Shown here piece after piece: positions 36,215-45,665 of a stretch of DNA of 53,067 nucleotides. Source of the DNA: a virus (Duplodnaviria > Caudoviricetes); IMG/VR virus record IMGVR_UViG_3300049015_000032, positions 1 through 53,067 of that record, one strand, 5' to 3'. Made by a program: the position numbers and the translations under genes. Positions within the stretch are counted from its first letter, which is position 1. Each line of letters opens with the position of its first letter. The notes under the pieces were generated by a model, which did no database searches, was not told the origin of the DNA, and saw nothing but the letters and a program-made list of their open reading frames with translations.

Positions 36215-36558
36215 GTTCCCAGGATGAGCGGGTTCTCCTTCCCGGCGGCGTCAATCAGCCAGGCCACCAGCGACGCGGGCAGGTCATTGAGGCTGTCTTC
36301 GGTGAGAGGCAGTGTGACCGTCACCCCGTCTTCCAGCGCATACGTCCCCTCCGGCAGTTTCTCGCCATTCCGATGCAGCGCGATCCGCGAGTGCAGGATC
36401 ACCTGCGTGCTGATGGCGCTGACCGTCTTGAGTTTGTCGGGGGTGTCGCCGCTGCCTGTCAGCCAGTCGTTAAACCAGGACGAGATCGTCAGCTGCGACC
36501 GACGGCTCATCTCGGCGACGGTGATGCGGAAGCCGTCGCCATAGTCGAGGGCCTGCAT
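36118..36558 (-). CDS. Tail assembly chaperone (gpG-like)
   Basis: Start MQALDYG coupled to the major tail stop; contains the slippery site. Confidence 0.8.
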   Translation of the reverse strand: MQALDYGDGFRITVAEMSRRSQLTISSWFNDWLTGSGDTPDKLKTVSAISTQVILHSRIALHRNGEKLPEGTYALEDGVTVTLPLTEDSLNDLPASLVAWLIDAAGKENPLILGTFLAATRVLATSGQKTLERLSASGPPNAPKAP

Positions 36559-37403
36559 TAGCTGATCCCTGGACGGTCGGTGAAGATCATGGCGATGATC
36601 TTCTTGGCGTTGGTGCCGGACGCGCTGCTGAGCGTATAGGCCGGGTTGCTGGTCGAAATGTTGACCGCGCTCGGCACGGTGAGCGTGCCATCGACCCACA
36701 CGAGCAGCTCATCCGTAGAGGCCGGGGGGTGCGACAGCTGGAAGGCCGTGAGCGTGCCATTGCCGAGCCAGGCGTTGATGCGCGGCTGATAATTGGCGTT
36801 GCCCTCGGTGTATTCGGCGTAGCTGTTGCCCCAGCTGGTCTCGTCGTAGTTCTCGCCCCACAGCGTCTGTCCGGTCGGCGTGGGGGTGCCGTTGATCGTC
36901 TTGACGGTCGCGCCCGCTTCATAGGAGGCGGTCGACGGGCTCCAGCGCGCCGCCGCATAGGCGCGGATGTTCCACTGGCGCAGCTTGCCGAAGGTCGGTG
37001 ATCCGGGCTGGGTGTCAAGCGACTGGCGGTAGAACATGGCGGCCAGGATCGGCTCATTGCCGCGTTTGTCGGTGTTGCCGCCGCGCCATTCCGAGTTGCC
37101 GATGGTGCGGACCTTGTTGCCCTCGGCCAGCGCATCGACGATCAGGTTGCCATCGGCGCTGGTGACGGTCACGGTGCCCACCTCAGTGGGGGGCAGGCTG
37201 TCCTGCGCATAGGGCCGGTCCTGGCCGTAGTGGGTGATGCGCTGCGGCGCGGGATCGCTGGTGGTGGCCGTCTTGATGCCCGTGATGAGGGTGCCTTGAA
37301 CAGGCACGGCGGAGGTTGAGGCGACGGAGATCAAACCGTCTTCATCCAATGGAAAGAGGACGCCATACCGTGTGCCGACGCCTGCGGTAACTTCGTTTGC
37401 CAT
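36558..37403 (-). CDS. Major tail (tube) protein
   Basis: 281 aa, Thr/Gly-rich beta protein, canonical position. Confidence 0.75.
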   Translation of the reverse strand: MANEVTAGVGTRYGVLFPLDEDGLISVASTSAVPVQGTLITGIKTATTSDPAPQRITHYGQDRPYAQDSLPPTEVGTVTVTSADGNLIVDALAEGNKVRTIGNSEWRGGNTDKRGNEPILAAMFYRQSLDTQPGSPTFGKLRQWNIRAYAAARWSPSTASYEAGATVKTINGTPTPTGQTLWGENYDETSWGNSYAEYTEGNANYQPRINAWLGNGTLTAFQLSHPPASTDELLVWVDGTLTVPSAVNISTSNPAYTLSSASGTNAKKIIAMIFTDRPGIS

Positions 37404-37405
37404 GT

Positions 37406-37864
37406 TTATGCTCCTGGTTCATAGATGACTGGTTTAACGATGGTGAAGCGGTGCTTGAACGTGATCGTCCAGAAATCGCCGAGCGTGGTCCCGCCCGTCG
37501 GATAGGGCGTCAGGCTTTCGCCGTCATCCCCCATGTATTCATGATTGAGCGTGGTCGTGCCCGCCTGAAGCGCCAGCGTGGGCCGCGCCTCGAAGTAGGT
37601 GTCGACACTGTCGAAAAAGGGATCGGTCTTCTCATACGGCCCGTTTTCCGACCCCATGCCCAGCAAATCGACAAAGATCACCGCGCGCAAATCGCGCGTC
37701 TTCACGGTCATGCCACCGGGCCGATCGACGGTGGTGAGCGCGTCGGCAAACAGCACGATGCAGGGCAGCATGGCGGTGGTGAGGACGCGCGGCGCGAATT
37801 TCTTGACCCCCTGGATGCCCGTGATGAGCGGGTAGTGATACGCGAGAATATTTTTTTCGAGCAT
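37406..37864 (-). CDS. Tail terminator-like protein
   Basis: Position and size; PCIVL motif. Confidence 0.6.
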   Translation of the reverse strand: MLEKNILAYHYPLITGIQGVKKFAPRVLTTAMLPCIVLFADALTTVDRPGGMTVKTRDLRAVIFVDLLGMGSENGPYEKTDPFFDSVDTYFEARPTLALQAGTTTLNHEYMGDDGESLTPYPTGGTTLGDFWTITFKHRFTIVKPVIYEPGA

Positions 37865-37872
37865 CCGGCCTC

Positions 37873-38451
37873 CTAGGCAAAGATCAGATTCTGCTTGTAC
37901 TTGGAGAGGATTGTCTTCACCATTGGCGGCGCCTGCGCCGGGATTTGCTTCACATCGCCCACCACCTCGATATTGCCCTCGCTGTCGCGCGTCTGATACA
38001 TCCAGGCCGCCAATCTAGTGGCCGCAAAATTCACGTCCGAGGGGATGCTGCCATAGCCGAGCGTGCCCGTGATCGTGAGCGTCCCGGCGGGGTTGCTAAC
38101 CGCTGTGGCATCCCAGTTGATGAGCAGCGCGCTCGTCTTCGGATTGAAGTTGAGCGGCTGCAGGACGTAATCGACCTCGGCGGTCAGTGTGCCGCTGTCG
38201 GTCGAGAAGCGGTCGATGGCGGTCACGGCGTTGTCGCGGAAATACAGCGTGTTGCCCTTCAGGTAGGGATGCCGCGCGTACAGCTTCAAGTCTCCCTGAA
38301 GCGTGCCAAACGTGAACTGCGCCTCGTTGTTGATCATGGCGGTGGCGGCGGGGATCAGCACCGATTCGATGAGCGTGTCGTCCCCCGTGTCTGCCGCGCC
38401 AAAGTGCAGCATCGACCGCACTTGCGCCAGGGTGCAGAGCAGCTGTGTCAT
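37873..38451 (-). CDS. Head-tail connector (gp6/gp15-like)
   Basis: LCTLAQVRSML...DDTLI...GYGSIPSDVNFAATRLAAWMYQ...P.VKTILSKYK. Confidence 0.85.
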   Translation of the reverse strand: MTQLLCTLAQVRSMLHFGAADTGDDTLIESVLIPAATAMINNEAQFTFGTLQGDLKLYARHPYLKGNTLYFRDNAVTAIDRFSTDSGTLTAEVDYVLQPLNFNPKTSALLINWDATAVSNPAGTLTITGTLGYGSIPSDVNFAATRLAAWMYQTRDSEGNIEVVGDVKQIPAQAPPMVKTILSKYKQNLIFA

Positions 38452-38885
38452 AGGATGACTCCCCACAACTGGCCGTGCGTGTCGAGATTGCCCGTGCCTG
38501 CGCCCGCATACACCGTCATCGTGCCGCCTGTCACTTTCGCCTGCAGCGTCACGGTGTTGAGTGTGCCGACGGTCAGCCCGGTCACGAGCCGGGTAAACGA
38601 CACGCCCAGGGTGCCTTCCGGCGAGAAGATGATGCCGTCGTTGGCCGCGTGCAGCGTGCCATTCACGGACAGGTTGAAGTAGCCCTTCTGACCGCTCGGC
38701 ACGGCGACATTGCCATGCCAGCCGACGAGCGCCTGCCCGGTGTTGGCACGGCTGTCGATGGTCAGCTGCAGGGCCAGACTGCCATCCACCGCTGTGAAGC
38801 TGGTGGCCGAGACGCCGATGTCGCTGGCCTCGTCGAGCGTGTACTGGTCATAATTGAGCACGGTGCCGTGCAAGAATGCGGTCAT
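38448..38885 (-). CDS. Putative virion beta-sandwich protein
   Basis: Beta-rich; coupled to the connector gene. Confidence 0.55.
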   Translation of the reverse strand: MTAFLHGTVLNYDQYTLDEASDIGVSATSFTAVDGSLALQLTIDSRANTGQALVGWHGNVAVPSGQKGYFNLSVNGTLHAANDGIIFSPEGTLGVSFTRLVTGLTVGTLNTVTLQAKVTGGTMTVYAGAGTGNLDTHGQLWGVIL

Positions 38886-39037
38886 GCTGTGTCCTTCTTC
38901 TGGGCCGTGTCGCGGGGCGGCGGCTTGGGCGGCTCTTTTTTGGGGGTCGTTCTGGTGACTTCAATGACTGCGTCGAGCAGGCTGCCAAAGAAATCCCCCG
39001 CATAGGGCGGGTCGAACCAATGGGGTTGTCTGGCCAT
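38882..39037 (-). CDS. 51-aa Pro/Lys-rich protein (not in the ORF track)
   Basis: MARQPHWFDPPYAGDFFGSLLDAV...KKDTA; GGAG RBS; ATGA overlap. Confidence 0.5.
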   Translation of the reverse strand: MARQPHWFDPPYAGDFFGSLLDAVIEVTRTTPKKEPPKPPPRDTAQKKDTA

Positions 39038-39101
39038 ACAAACTCCAGGAACGCAAAGGGCCCCATGAAAGGGGCCCCGATAGTCGATGATATTGAATGG
39101 G

Positions 39102-39314
39102 TTAGGCGTCGTCTGAAGGCGGCGTGTCTTTGCCCTCGGTCCAGATCTCGCCCGGTGGCGTCAGGATGTTATCGCGGCTGGGTTCGTCTTCTGGTGGTGG
39201 GGCCTCCGGATCAACGCTGCTGATCAGCCGTCCGTCTTCATCCCAGGGCACGGGAAGAAACAGGCCGATCCGCTTGCCTTTGGGCGTCTGGGGTTTCTCA
39301 GGGTCATCTGACAT
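39102..39314 (-). CDS. Small acidic Pro-rich protein
   Basis: GAGGTG RBS before MSDDPE. Confidence 0.55.
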   Translation of the reverse strand: MSDDPEKPQTPKGKRIGLFLPVPWDEDGRLISSVDPEAPPPEDEPSRDNILTPPGEIWTEGKDTPPSDDA

Positions 39315-39335
39315 GTCACACCTCATCGTGATCGA

Positions 39336-40088
39336 TCAGGTCATGATAGCCTGAATCTGCGCCTTCCACCGTAAGACCGCGCGCCGCGACTCATACGCGC
39401 TCTGATCCGCGTAGGCCCTTCCTTGCGTCGAAGGATGGAAATAAAACAGCCCCAGGACGCTCGGAATCCACGCAATCGCGCGCGCGTGGGCTTCGAGGCG
39501 CAGCGCCCACTCATAATCCCCGGCGATGAGATAGGACGGATCAAAATAGCCAATCTCGTCATGCAGGGCCTTGCGCCACATCGGCGTGTTGCCGATCCGG
39601 CACTGCTGAATCTGCGGATAGGGGCTATTGACGAAGTCGAGGCGGCCCGTCGTGTAGGGCGGCTCCTCGCTGAGCGCCAGCGCGCCGTCCACCCAGGTGG
39701 TGTCGGCGACGGCTGTCACATAGCTGTCGGGACACACCATGTCAACGTCAATGTGCCCGTCCAGATATTCCGCCATCACCTCGCACGCATCTGAGCGCAG
39801 GCGATCGTCGACATTGGCCGGGATAATAGTATCGCCTTTGGCCAGCTTGATCGCCCGATTCCAGGCCGCATACATCGACTCGCGAAACGGCGTCTGAATG
39901 AGCGTGATCGCCGAGAGATATTCCCGCTCCAGGATGGCGCTCGTGGTGTCGGTCGAGGCGCTGTTGACGACGACGATCTCCAGTTCGCCGCGCTTGTAGA
40001 GCGTCTGCTGCATGAGATCATCCAGGCGACCGCGCAGGAATTTTTGCGCGTTAAAAGCGGAGACGATCGCGCTTACTCGGACAGCCAT
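39336..40088 (-). CDS. Glycosyltransferase family 2
   Basis: VSAIVSAFNA..FL...EIVVVNSASTD, AWNRAI..AKG, NVDD, GYFD..Y.IAGDYEW. Confidence 0.9.
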   Translation of the reverse strand: MAVRVSAIVSAFNAQKFLRGRLDDLMQQTLYKRGELEIVVVNSASTDTTSAILEREYLSAITLIQTPFRESMYAAWNRAIKLAKGDTIIPANVDDRLRSDACEVMAEYLDGHIDVDMVCPDSYVTAVADTTWVDGALALSEEPPYTTGRLDFVNSPYPQIQQCRIGNTPMWRKALHDEIGYFDPSYLIAGDYEWALRLEAHARAIAWIPSVLGLFYFHPSTQGRAYADQSAYESRRAVLRWKAQIQAIMT

Positions 40089-40837
40089 GTTTTCACCTGC
40101 TCGGCTCGATGCCAATACTCATGGCGCGCTGAAACGAGCTTGTATCCTGCCTCGCCAATCTCGGGAGACGCTCGCGCAATTCTCACGGCTTCTATCGCTG
40201 TTCGATGCGCTCCATATGTGACGCATGTCTCACCGTCGATAAGTCCTAATTCCTCTAACTCCGGCAGATCATTTGTCACAAGCGGAATCGCGCACGCCGC
40301 AATCTCATAAGGACGCATCGGAATATCATAAGCGTTCGGATGTCCATAGCGCGTCGGCACATGAATGCCGCATTTTGAACTGCAATAGGTGTCTGATGCC
40401 TGTCTGCCAAATACGTTTTGGGCAAGGTTCAACGTAAAATGCCTACCAATATCAGCAAGAATTCTCGCTCTTCCTTCATCTCTCACATAGCCCACATGAC
40501 TGCAATCAGCGACCTTTTCCAGATAGGTCGGGGTGAAACCAGGGGTCACAGCAAGAGGAAGGTATTGCCCGCCAACACGCTGCATATCACGACGCTGCGC
40601 ATGAGCTACGATAGCGCCCCTCGCAAGCAGCTCTTTGGCGGCAGGATCTTCCTTCTTGGCTTCGTGTTCCCATCGATTGTCAATCAGCCACACCAGGACG
40701 CGATTGTCGAAGTCTGGGAAGACCATGCCCCAGCAGCCTTGCGTGCGCTCATCTTTGGCGAACTCTGCCTTGATGCCGATCACGTTGAGCGCATCCAGCA
40801 GGAAGAACACGGGATGGTGACGATCCGGATACATCAT
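40073..40837 (-). CDS. Glycosyltransferase, CgeB/YkvP-like
   Basis: YLPLA, MRPYEIAAC...VTN, IGEAGY..V...HEY.HRA. Confidence 0.8.
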   Translation of the reverse strand: MMYPDRHHPVFFLLDALNVIGIKAEFAKDERTQGCWGMVFPDFDNRVLVWLIDNRWEHEAKKEDPAAKELLARGAIVAHAQRRDMQRVGGQYLPLAVTPGFTPTYLEKVADCSHVGYVRDEGRARILADIGRHFTLNLAQNVFGRQASDTYCSSKCGIHVPTRYGHPNAYDIPMRPYEIAACAIPLVTNDLPELEELGLIDGETCVTYGAHRTAIEAVRIARASPEIGEAGYKLVSARHEYWHRAEQVKTWLSE

Positions 40838-41571
40838 TTCTTCGTCCCGATAAAATAGTTGTCGTTGCGAAATTTGGGCTTGAAGCCTGCGAGAAAGTCG
40901 TCGATCACCGACTGATTAAAAGAAATCGGATGCCCGACATCGTAGAGGCGCATCGGATCGATATCGCGCACCGGTTCGGCGAAGACCAGGTGACCGCCTT
41001 TCTTCAGATGCGCGCCAATCCAGCTGAAGACCTTTTCGACATCCAACACGTGGGTCAGCACATTGATCAGGATCACCGTGTCAAATTTGCTGTCTGTCTC
41101 AAAGTCTTCGATGGCACTGGCGACAAGATTGACCGGATACCAGTGCCATCTGTTATCCATATCGCCGCCATCGCGATAGGCGCAGTGGGGGTGATTCTCG
41201 CGGTAGGCCTCTGCGAGCGGATCGAGCAGCGTCACATCGTCCGCCGTGTGATCACGCATGATGATGCGCCAGTTGGTGAATGGTCCGCACCCCAGCTCAA
41301 TCACGCGCCCCAGCTTCTCCGGCAGCGCCTTGTAACCGCCAAACATGTCAGCATGTTCGAGGTTGCGATCATCAGTGGAATTGATCGCGTGCGTGAGCCA
41401 TGTCTCGCGCTCATACGCCTGCGCCTGATTCCATCGATCGAGAGGCACAGACAGAACGCCTTTGCCTTCGGTGAGATAGGCGGCATCGTTGGTGCGCTCA
41501 AGCTCGACGCGCGCCGCATCCCCACGCAGGACGCTGACCGGACTGGAGATGAATAGAAAATCGTCAGTCAT
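40834..41571 (-). CDS. Class I SAM-dependent methyltransferase
   Basis: VIELGCGP, FDTVILINVLTHV, LKKGG. Confidence 0.9.
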   Translation of the reverse strand: MTDDFLFISSPVSVLRGDAARVELERTNDAAYLTEGKGVLSVPLDRWNQAQAYERETWLTHAINSTDDRNLEHADMFGGYKALPEKLGRVIELGCGPFTNWRIIMRDHTADDVTLLDPLAEAYRENHPHCAYRDGGDMDNRWHWYPVNLVASAIEDFETDSKFDTVILINVLTHVLDVEKVFSWIGAHLKKGGHLVFAEPVRDIDPMRLYDVGHPISFNQSVIDDFLAGFKPKFRNDNYFIGTKK

Positions 41572-41580
41572 GATCGATCC

Positions 41581-41802
41581 TCAGTAGCGATAATCATCTG
41601 CATACTCCCAGAATGGACCGTCGTTATCACCTTCTTTGATGAAGCACCACGCGGCTGAAAACGGATCATCGTCTTCATGCAGGCTATAAGCCCCCACCCC
41701 TAACCCAAGCGCATTCACTTGAGAAGTGGCGTCGTACGATGTTTCCGCTGAGATGGTGATGCCACTTTCAAGGTCATCTTTGAAGAGTTTGTATGTTTTC
41801 AA
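41581..41802 (-). CDS. Small hypothetical protein
   Basis: GGAGG RBS before a TTG start. Confidence 0.5.
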   Translation of the reverse strand: MKTYKLFKDDLESGITISAETSYDATSQVNALGLGVGAYSLHEDDDPFSAAWCFIKEGDNDGPFWEYADDYRY

Positions 41803-41803
41803 T

Positions 41804-42727
41804 TTATACCTCCACCCTCTCCGCCACATCCCGGATCACCGTCGCGATCCGCTCAGCCATCGAGGCCCAGCTGAAGCGCTGCGCGATCTCGTAGCCCTTT
41901 AAAATATGCGCAATCCGCACGCCGGGATCGACCATCGTTGCCAGCGCCTGCGCGATCTGGGCCGGACGGGTCACATCGACCACGCGCGCGGCCTGGTTGA
42001 TTTCACTCAGCGCGCCCCCGTCCCCGCAGATGACCGGGCAGCCGCAGGCATATGCCTCCAGCACAGGCAGGCCGAAGCCCTCATACAGGGAGGGATAGAC
42101 CAGGCACAGCGCACCCGTGTAGGCCGCCGCCAGCTCGTCCGCCTCAAGATGAACGCGCTTGCCCGACGGGAAAGACATCATCGGTTCGCCGCCCACGCAC
42201 AGCGTAAAGGGCTGCGGTTGCATCATATTGATCGCCTGCCAGTAGGTCGGCCCATTCTTATACAGATCGCGGCGGCCCACCATCAGAACATAGCTGTCGG
42301 GCAGCTGGTATTTGGCCTTGAACGCCTGCACGGTCGCGTGATCCGCGCGGGTGAGCGACGTCGCGGGATAGGCGACGGTGGCCTGTTTGCCATCGAAGCG
42401 CATCACATCGCGGGTCGTCCACTCGGAGATGGCAATCACCGCGCTTGCTGATGCCACAGCGGCGTGTTTCCACAGCACATCGGGCGCATGTTTGAGCAGC
42501 AACGGGTAGCGGTCGGCGATGTAGTCATAGACAACCACAATCGACTTCGCTCCGGCAGGAGAGGGCTGGTAGTAGGTCGAGAGAAAAATATCAGCAGGTC
42601 GCGTCGGATCAAAGGCGCATTCGGGCAGCGCCTGGTGCAGGAGCGGCGTGAGCGCGCGCCAGAGCGTCGAGATGCCCCCCGCTTGCTGCAGCTGGTAGAT
42701 CGCGTCATCGATGACGATGTTGGTCAT
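41804..42727 (-). CDS. Glycosyltransferase family 4 (GT-B)
   Basis: GGIS, VGRR.LYKN, YPSLYEGFGLPVLEAYACGCPVI. Confidence 0.92.
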   Translation of the reverse strand: MTNIVIDDAIYQLQQAGGISTLWRALTPLLHQALPECAFDPTRPADIFLSTYYQPSPAGAKSIVVVYDYIADRYPLLLKHAPDVLWKHAAVASASAVIAISEWTTRDVMRFDGKQATVAYPATSLTRADHATVQAFKAKYQLPDSYVLMVGRRDLYKNGPTYWQAINMMQPQPFTLCVGGEPMMSFPSGKRVHLEADELAAAYTGALCLVYPSLYEGFGLPVLEAYACGCPVICGDGGALSEINQAARVVDVTRPAQIAQALATMVDPGVRIAHILKGYEIAQRFSWASMAERIATVIRDVAERVEV

Positions 42728-43191
42728 TGTTCAGCACCGCTCTGCTTATCCTCGTCGTCAATCTTGATAACGATGCTGATCCCTTCATCGGTCACTGTTA
42801 CATCTATCCCGTCCGAGCGCATGGCCTCCGCTAAGCCATCAATAAACTCTTGCCGTTCAGCCATCTCTGCCGGTGACATAGATGACTCGGCGTCCGGATC
42901 TGGCGGAAATGGTAGCAGTGGAAACGGCGGTAAAGGCGGCATGATCCGAAGTTCGTGCCACATCTTGACGCCTTTAATCTCCATCAAACTGCGGCCCTTC
43001 GCCTCATCCCCATCTTGATAAAGGGTGAGTTCCCACAGGCCGCCATCGTCGATCATGCCTGACAGATGGCCATAGGTCTTCAAGTGCTTAAGCAGCTTGT
43101 CGTCTGGATCACCCCATTCTTCTTCTGCGTCTCTAAACATCACAGTCCTCTCCGCAGCCTCAATCAAAACTTGGCTTGCTGTTTTGCCCAC
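42724..43191 (-). CDS. Hypothetical protein
   Basis: ORF overlapping both neighbours. Confidence 0.55.
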   Translation of the reverse strand: MGKTASQVLIEAAERTVMFRDAEEEWGDPDDKLLKHLKTYGHLSGMIDDGGLWELTLYQDGDEAKGRSLMEIKGVKMWHELRIMPPLPPFPLLPFPPDPDAESSMSPAEMAERQEFIDGLAEAMRSDGIDVTVTDEGISIVIKIDDEDKQSGAEQ

Positions 43192-43472
43192 AGTATCAAA
43201 TCAGACAGATGAGTGAGAAGTTCCCATAACTCTTGAGCGTCCGCATTCTTCACAGCGTCAAATTTTACAACCTTGTCGCCAATGACCATCTGAACTGTCA
43301 CAAGTTCATCGGGATGAGGGCCACCCACCATGCCTTCAAGCCAGATATTGTTTAATGATAGATTGTTGGCCATTTCCCACAGCGCATCTAATTCGTCACG
43401 CGTAAACTCGTGATCAACGTTTTCATCGTCATCCCATCGCTTATTCTGTAGCCTATCCGTTAGTTTTGTCAT
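43164..43472 (-). CDS. Hypothetical protein
   Basis: ATGA-coupled ORF. Confidence 0.55.
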   Translation of the reverse strand: MTKLTDRLQNKRWDDDENVDHEFTRDELDALWEMANNLSLNNIWLEGMVGGPHPDELVTVQMVIGDKVVKFDAVKNADAQELWELLTHLSDLILWAKQQAKF

Positions 43473-44461
43473 AGATACTCGCTCACCTTATCCCACACCG
43501 TGCCTGTAAATTTCTGCCAGGTGTAATCGCGCGCAATGATCGAGCGCATCGCTTGACTGACCTGTCTCAATTCGTACTCGTCCATCTGCTGCCATTGGCG
43601 CATATAAGAGACGTTATAGATCATGTCGCCCTTGCGCAGCCCTCGGAACGGTTGTCCTGGGAGATACCCCGCCTCTCGTGAACAGAACACGTCTAGCCCC
43701 CAGGCTGCCGCCTCGAGGAGAACGGTCGGATTCGCATCCGCTTCGGGCAGGGCAATGATGGCATCATAGGTGTCGCACAGCCGAGCAATATTCTCCGGCG
43801 TGAAGAGCATCCCGCCGTGCAGGGTCATGCAGGGCACGTGCGCGAAGGTCTCCGGTCGCGCGCTGCCAAAATGGCCGTAGCGCAGGCCTGCCACCCGCGC
43901 CAGCTCGGCGACGTGCCGATAGCCCTTCGTCGGGACATCCGCGCCGATCGTGCAGATCGCGCGCTCGCCGGGTTTGTTCCAGCGCGTTTTGCTGTAGGGG
44001 TGCAGCGTGGGATTGATCGCCATATCGAGACGTGTGGCGCGCGACTTCAGTGCCGCATAGGGGCTGGCGTCCATTGTTTGCCACCAGTGCTCCCCCGTAA
44101 TAAGGAAGAGGTGATCGGCTTTACTGAACAGCGCCTGCGCCATCGGCACATCACCCGCCGAGACCATCGCATGACTGTAGGGCTGGAGGATGAATTTATG
44201 TCTGGCGACGCTGTCCAGCGCCTGATGCATGAAACCCCCATCCCACCAAGTATGGCCAATCACAATATCGTCAGGGCCAAAGGCGCAGGGCGTCGTGTCA
44301 TCCAGATTCTGATAGTGATAGGCGTAGCCCATCTCAGCAGCCTTCTGACGCAGGAAGCGGTTCATGTGCCAGCTGATGGTATAGGGCGACATGCGCGGCT
44401 CGTCGCAGGTGTCCAGGTCACTGCCGCCGGATGAATAGCTAAAGTGGAGGGTGGGCATCAT
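43469..44461 (-). CDS. Glycosyltransferase (GT-B, family 4-like)
   Basis: IG...TKG, DANPTVLLEAAAWG, YTW. Confidence 0.75.
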   Translation of the reverse strand: MMPTLHFSYSSGGSDLDTCDEPRMSPYTISWHMNRFLRQKAAEMGYAYHYQNLDDTTPCAFGPDDIVIGHTWWDGGFMHQALDSVARHKFILQPYSHAMVSAGDVPMAQALFSKADHLFLITGEHWWQTMDASPYAALKSRATRLDMAINPTLHPYSKTRWNKPGERAICTIGADVPTKGYRHVAELARVAGLRYGHFGSARPETFAHVPCMTLHGGMLFTPENIARLCDTYDAIIALPEADANPTVLLEAAAWGLDVFCSREAGYLPGQPFRGLRKGDMIYNVSYMRQWQQMDEYELRQVSQAMRSIIARDYTWQKFTGTVWDKVSEYL

Positions 44462-44706
44462 TTCCCCTTCACGCCTTTTGTGTTGTACGAACCATCACAA
44501 AGGCTATCCAGTGATTCGGCTTCAGGGGGCGCGTCCTTCATGCGAAGTAGATGCAATCGGCTATGCACAGGCAGGTAGTCATCTATATCAACGGCAAACC
44601 AGCGCCCACAATGAGGACACATCAACGCAATTTCACCGTTTTGGTTTGAGAAATATATGCCGCCTGATCCGACACTGAGAAATTTCTTGTCAATTTTTAC
44701 CACCAT
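44458..44706 (-). CDS. Small Zn-binding hypothetical protein
   Basis: CPHC, H, C; overlaps both neighbours. Confidence 0.5.
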   Translation of the reverse strand: MVVKIDKKFLSVGSGGIYFSNQNGEIALMCPHCGRWFAVDIDDYLPVHSRLHLLRMKDAPPEAESLDSLCDGSYNTKGVKGK

Positions 44707-45665
44707 ACACCTCGCATACAGTCGGCCAGCGCATCTTCATAGGCCGTGATCTGCGTCTCGACACATCCAAAGCGTTCGCCGCTCTTGCGGACGTCCGAGC
44801 GATTGAGCCACCAAGCGGCGCGTATAGCATCGCAGACCGCGCCGACCATATCGCCGGAGGGCTGGACCAGAATGCCCGATACCCCGTATTCGACCAGGTC
44901 AACGCTGCCGCCGCCGGGCAAGGCCACAACAGGCGTGCCGCACAGCATCGCTTCCAGCGTGGTCAGGCCGAACGATTCAACGCCCGACAGCTGCAGCAGC
45001 ACGCGCGCCCCGCGAATGAGATCGAACTTGGCGGGACCGGACACAGGGCCGAGGTAGCGCGCATTGTTCATGCGCGTCAACGCAAGCCCAAAATTGTTGA
45101 CGGTCATGCCTGCCAAAACGAGCGGGATGCCCATTCTGGCGCACGCTTCGAGGGCGAGCAGCGGCTGCTTGAGATCCGAGACTGCCCCCAGGAACAGCGC
45201 GTAAGACCCTGGCAAATTGGACCAGGTGATATGTTCTTTCGGCAAAGCGTTCGGGATCACACGCGCCATCTCAAAGGCAGGCGGCAGCATGGCGCGCTGG
45301 CCTTCACTGAGCACGACCGCGCAGCGCTGGTAGGGCTGATAGTTGTCGTGGTACACATTCACGACAGGCAGAGTCGGGAGGATCGCGGACAGACGGTGAA
45401 TATGACCGCCATCCAGGAACACATCGAAGGGCTGCTGTTTGTGCCGCTCATACGCGGCCTTTGCCAGCGCTGGCTCGCCCTCATACCCGTTGACATTCAG
45501 CGTGACCAGCGTGCCGGAGAACATGCTGCCCATCTTCGCGACGAGCGTCACGTCATGACCGTTGGCGCGCAGCCCTTCGGCAATCTGCCAGTTCATCGCG
45601 CCCAGGCCGTGCCCCATCGGGTGAGGCGTCTCAAGAGAGGCGTCTGAAATAATGCAGATCCGCAT
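44697..45665 (-). CDS. Glycosyltransferase family 4
   Basis: MRICII...GHDVTLV, FLG....K, ESFGLTTLEAMLCGTPVVA. Confidence 0.92.
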   Translation of the reverse strand: MRICIISDASLETPHPMGHGLGAMNWQIAEGLRANGHDVTLVAKMGSMFSGTLVTLNVNGYEGEPALAKAAYERHKQQPFDVFLDGGHIHRLSAILPTLPVVNVYHDNYQPYQRCAVVLSEGQRAMLPPAFEMARVIPNALPKEHITWSNLPGSYALFLGAVSDLKQPLLALEACARMGIPLVLAGMTVNNFGLALTRMNNARYLGPVSGPAKFDLIRGARVLLQLSGVESFGLTTLEAMLCGTPVVALPGGGSVDLVEYGVSGILVQPSGDMVGAVCDAIRAAWWLNRSDVRKSGERFGCVETQITAYEDALADCMRGVWW

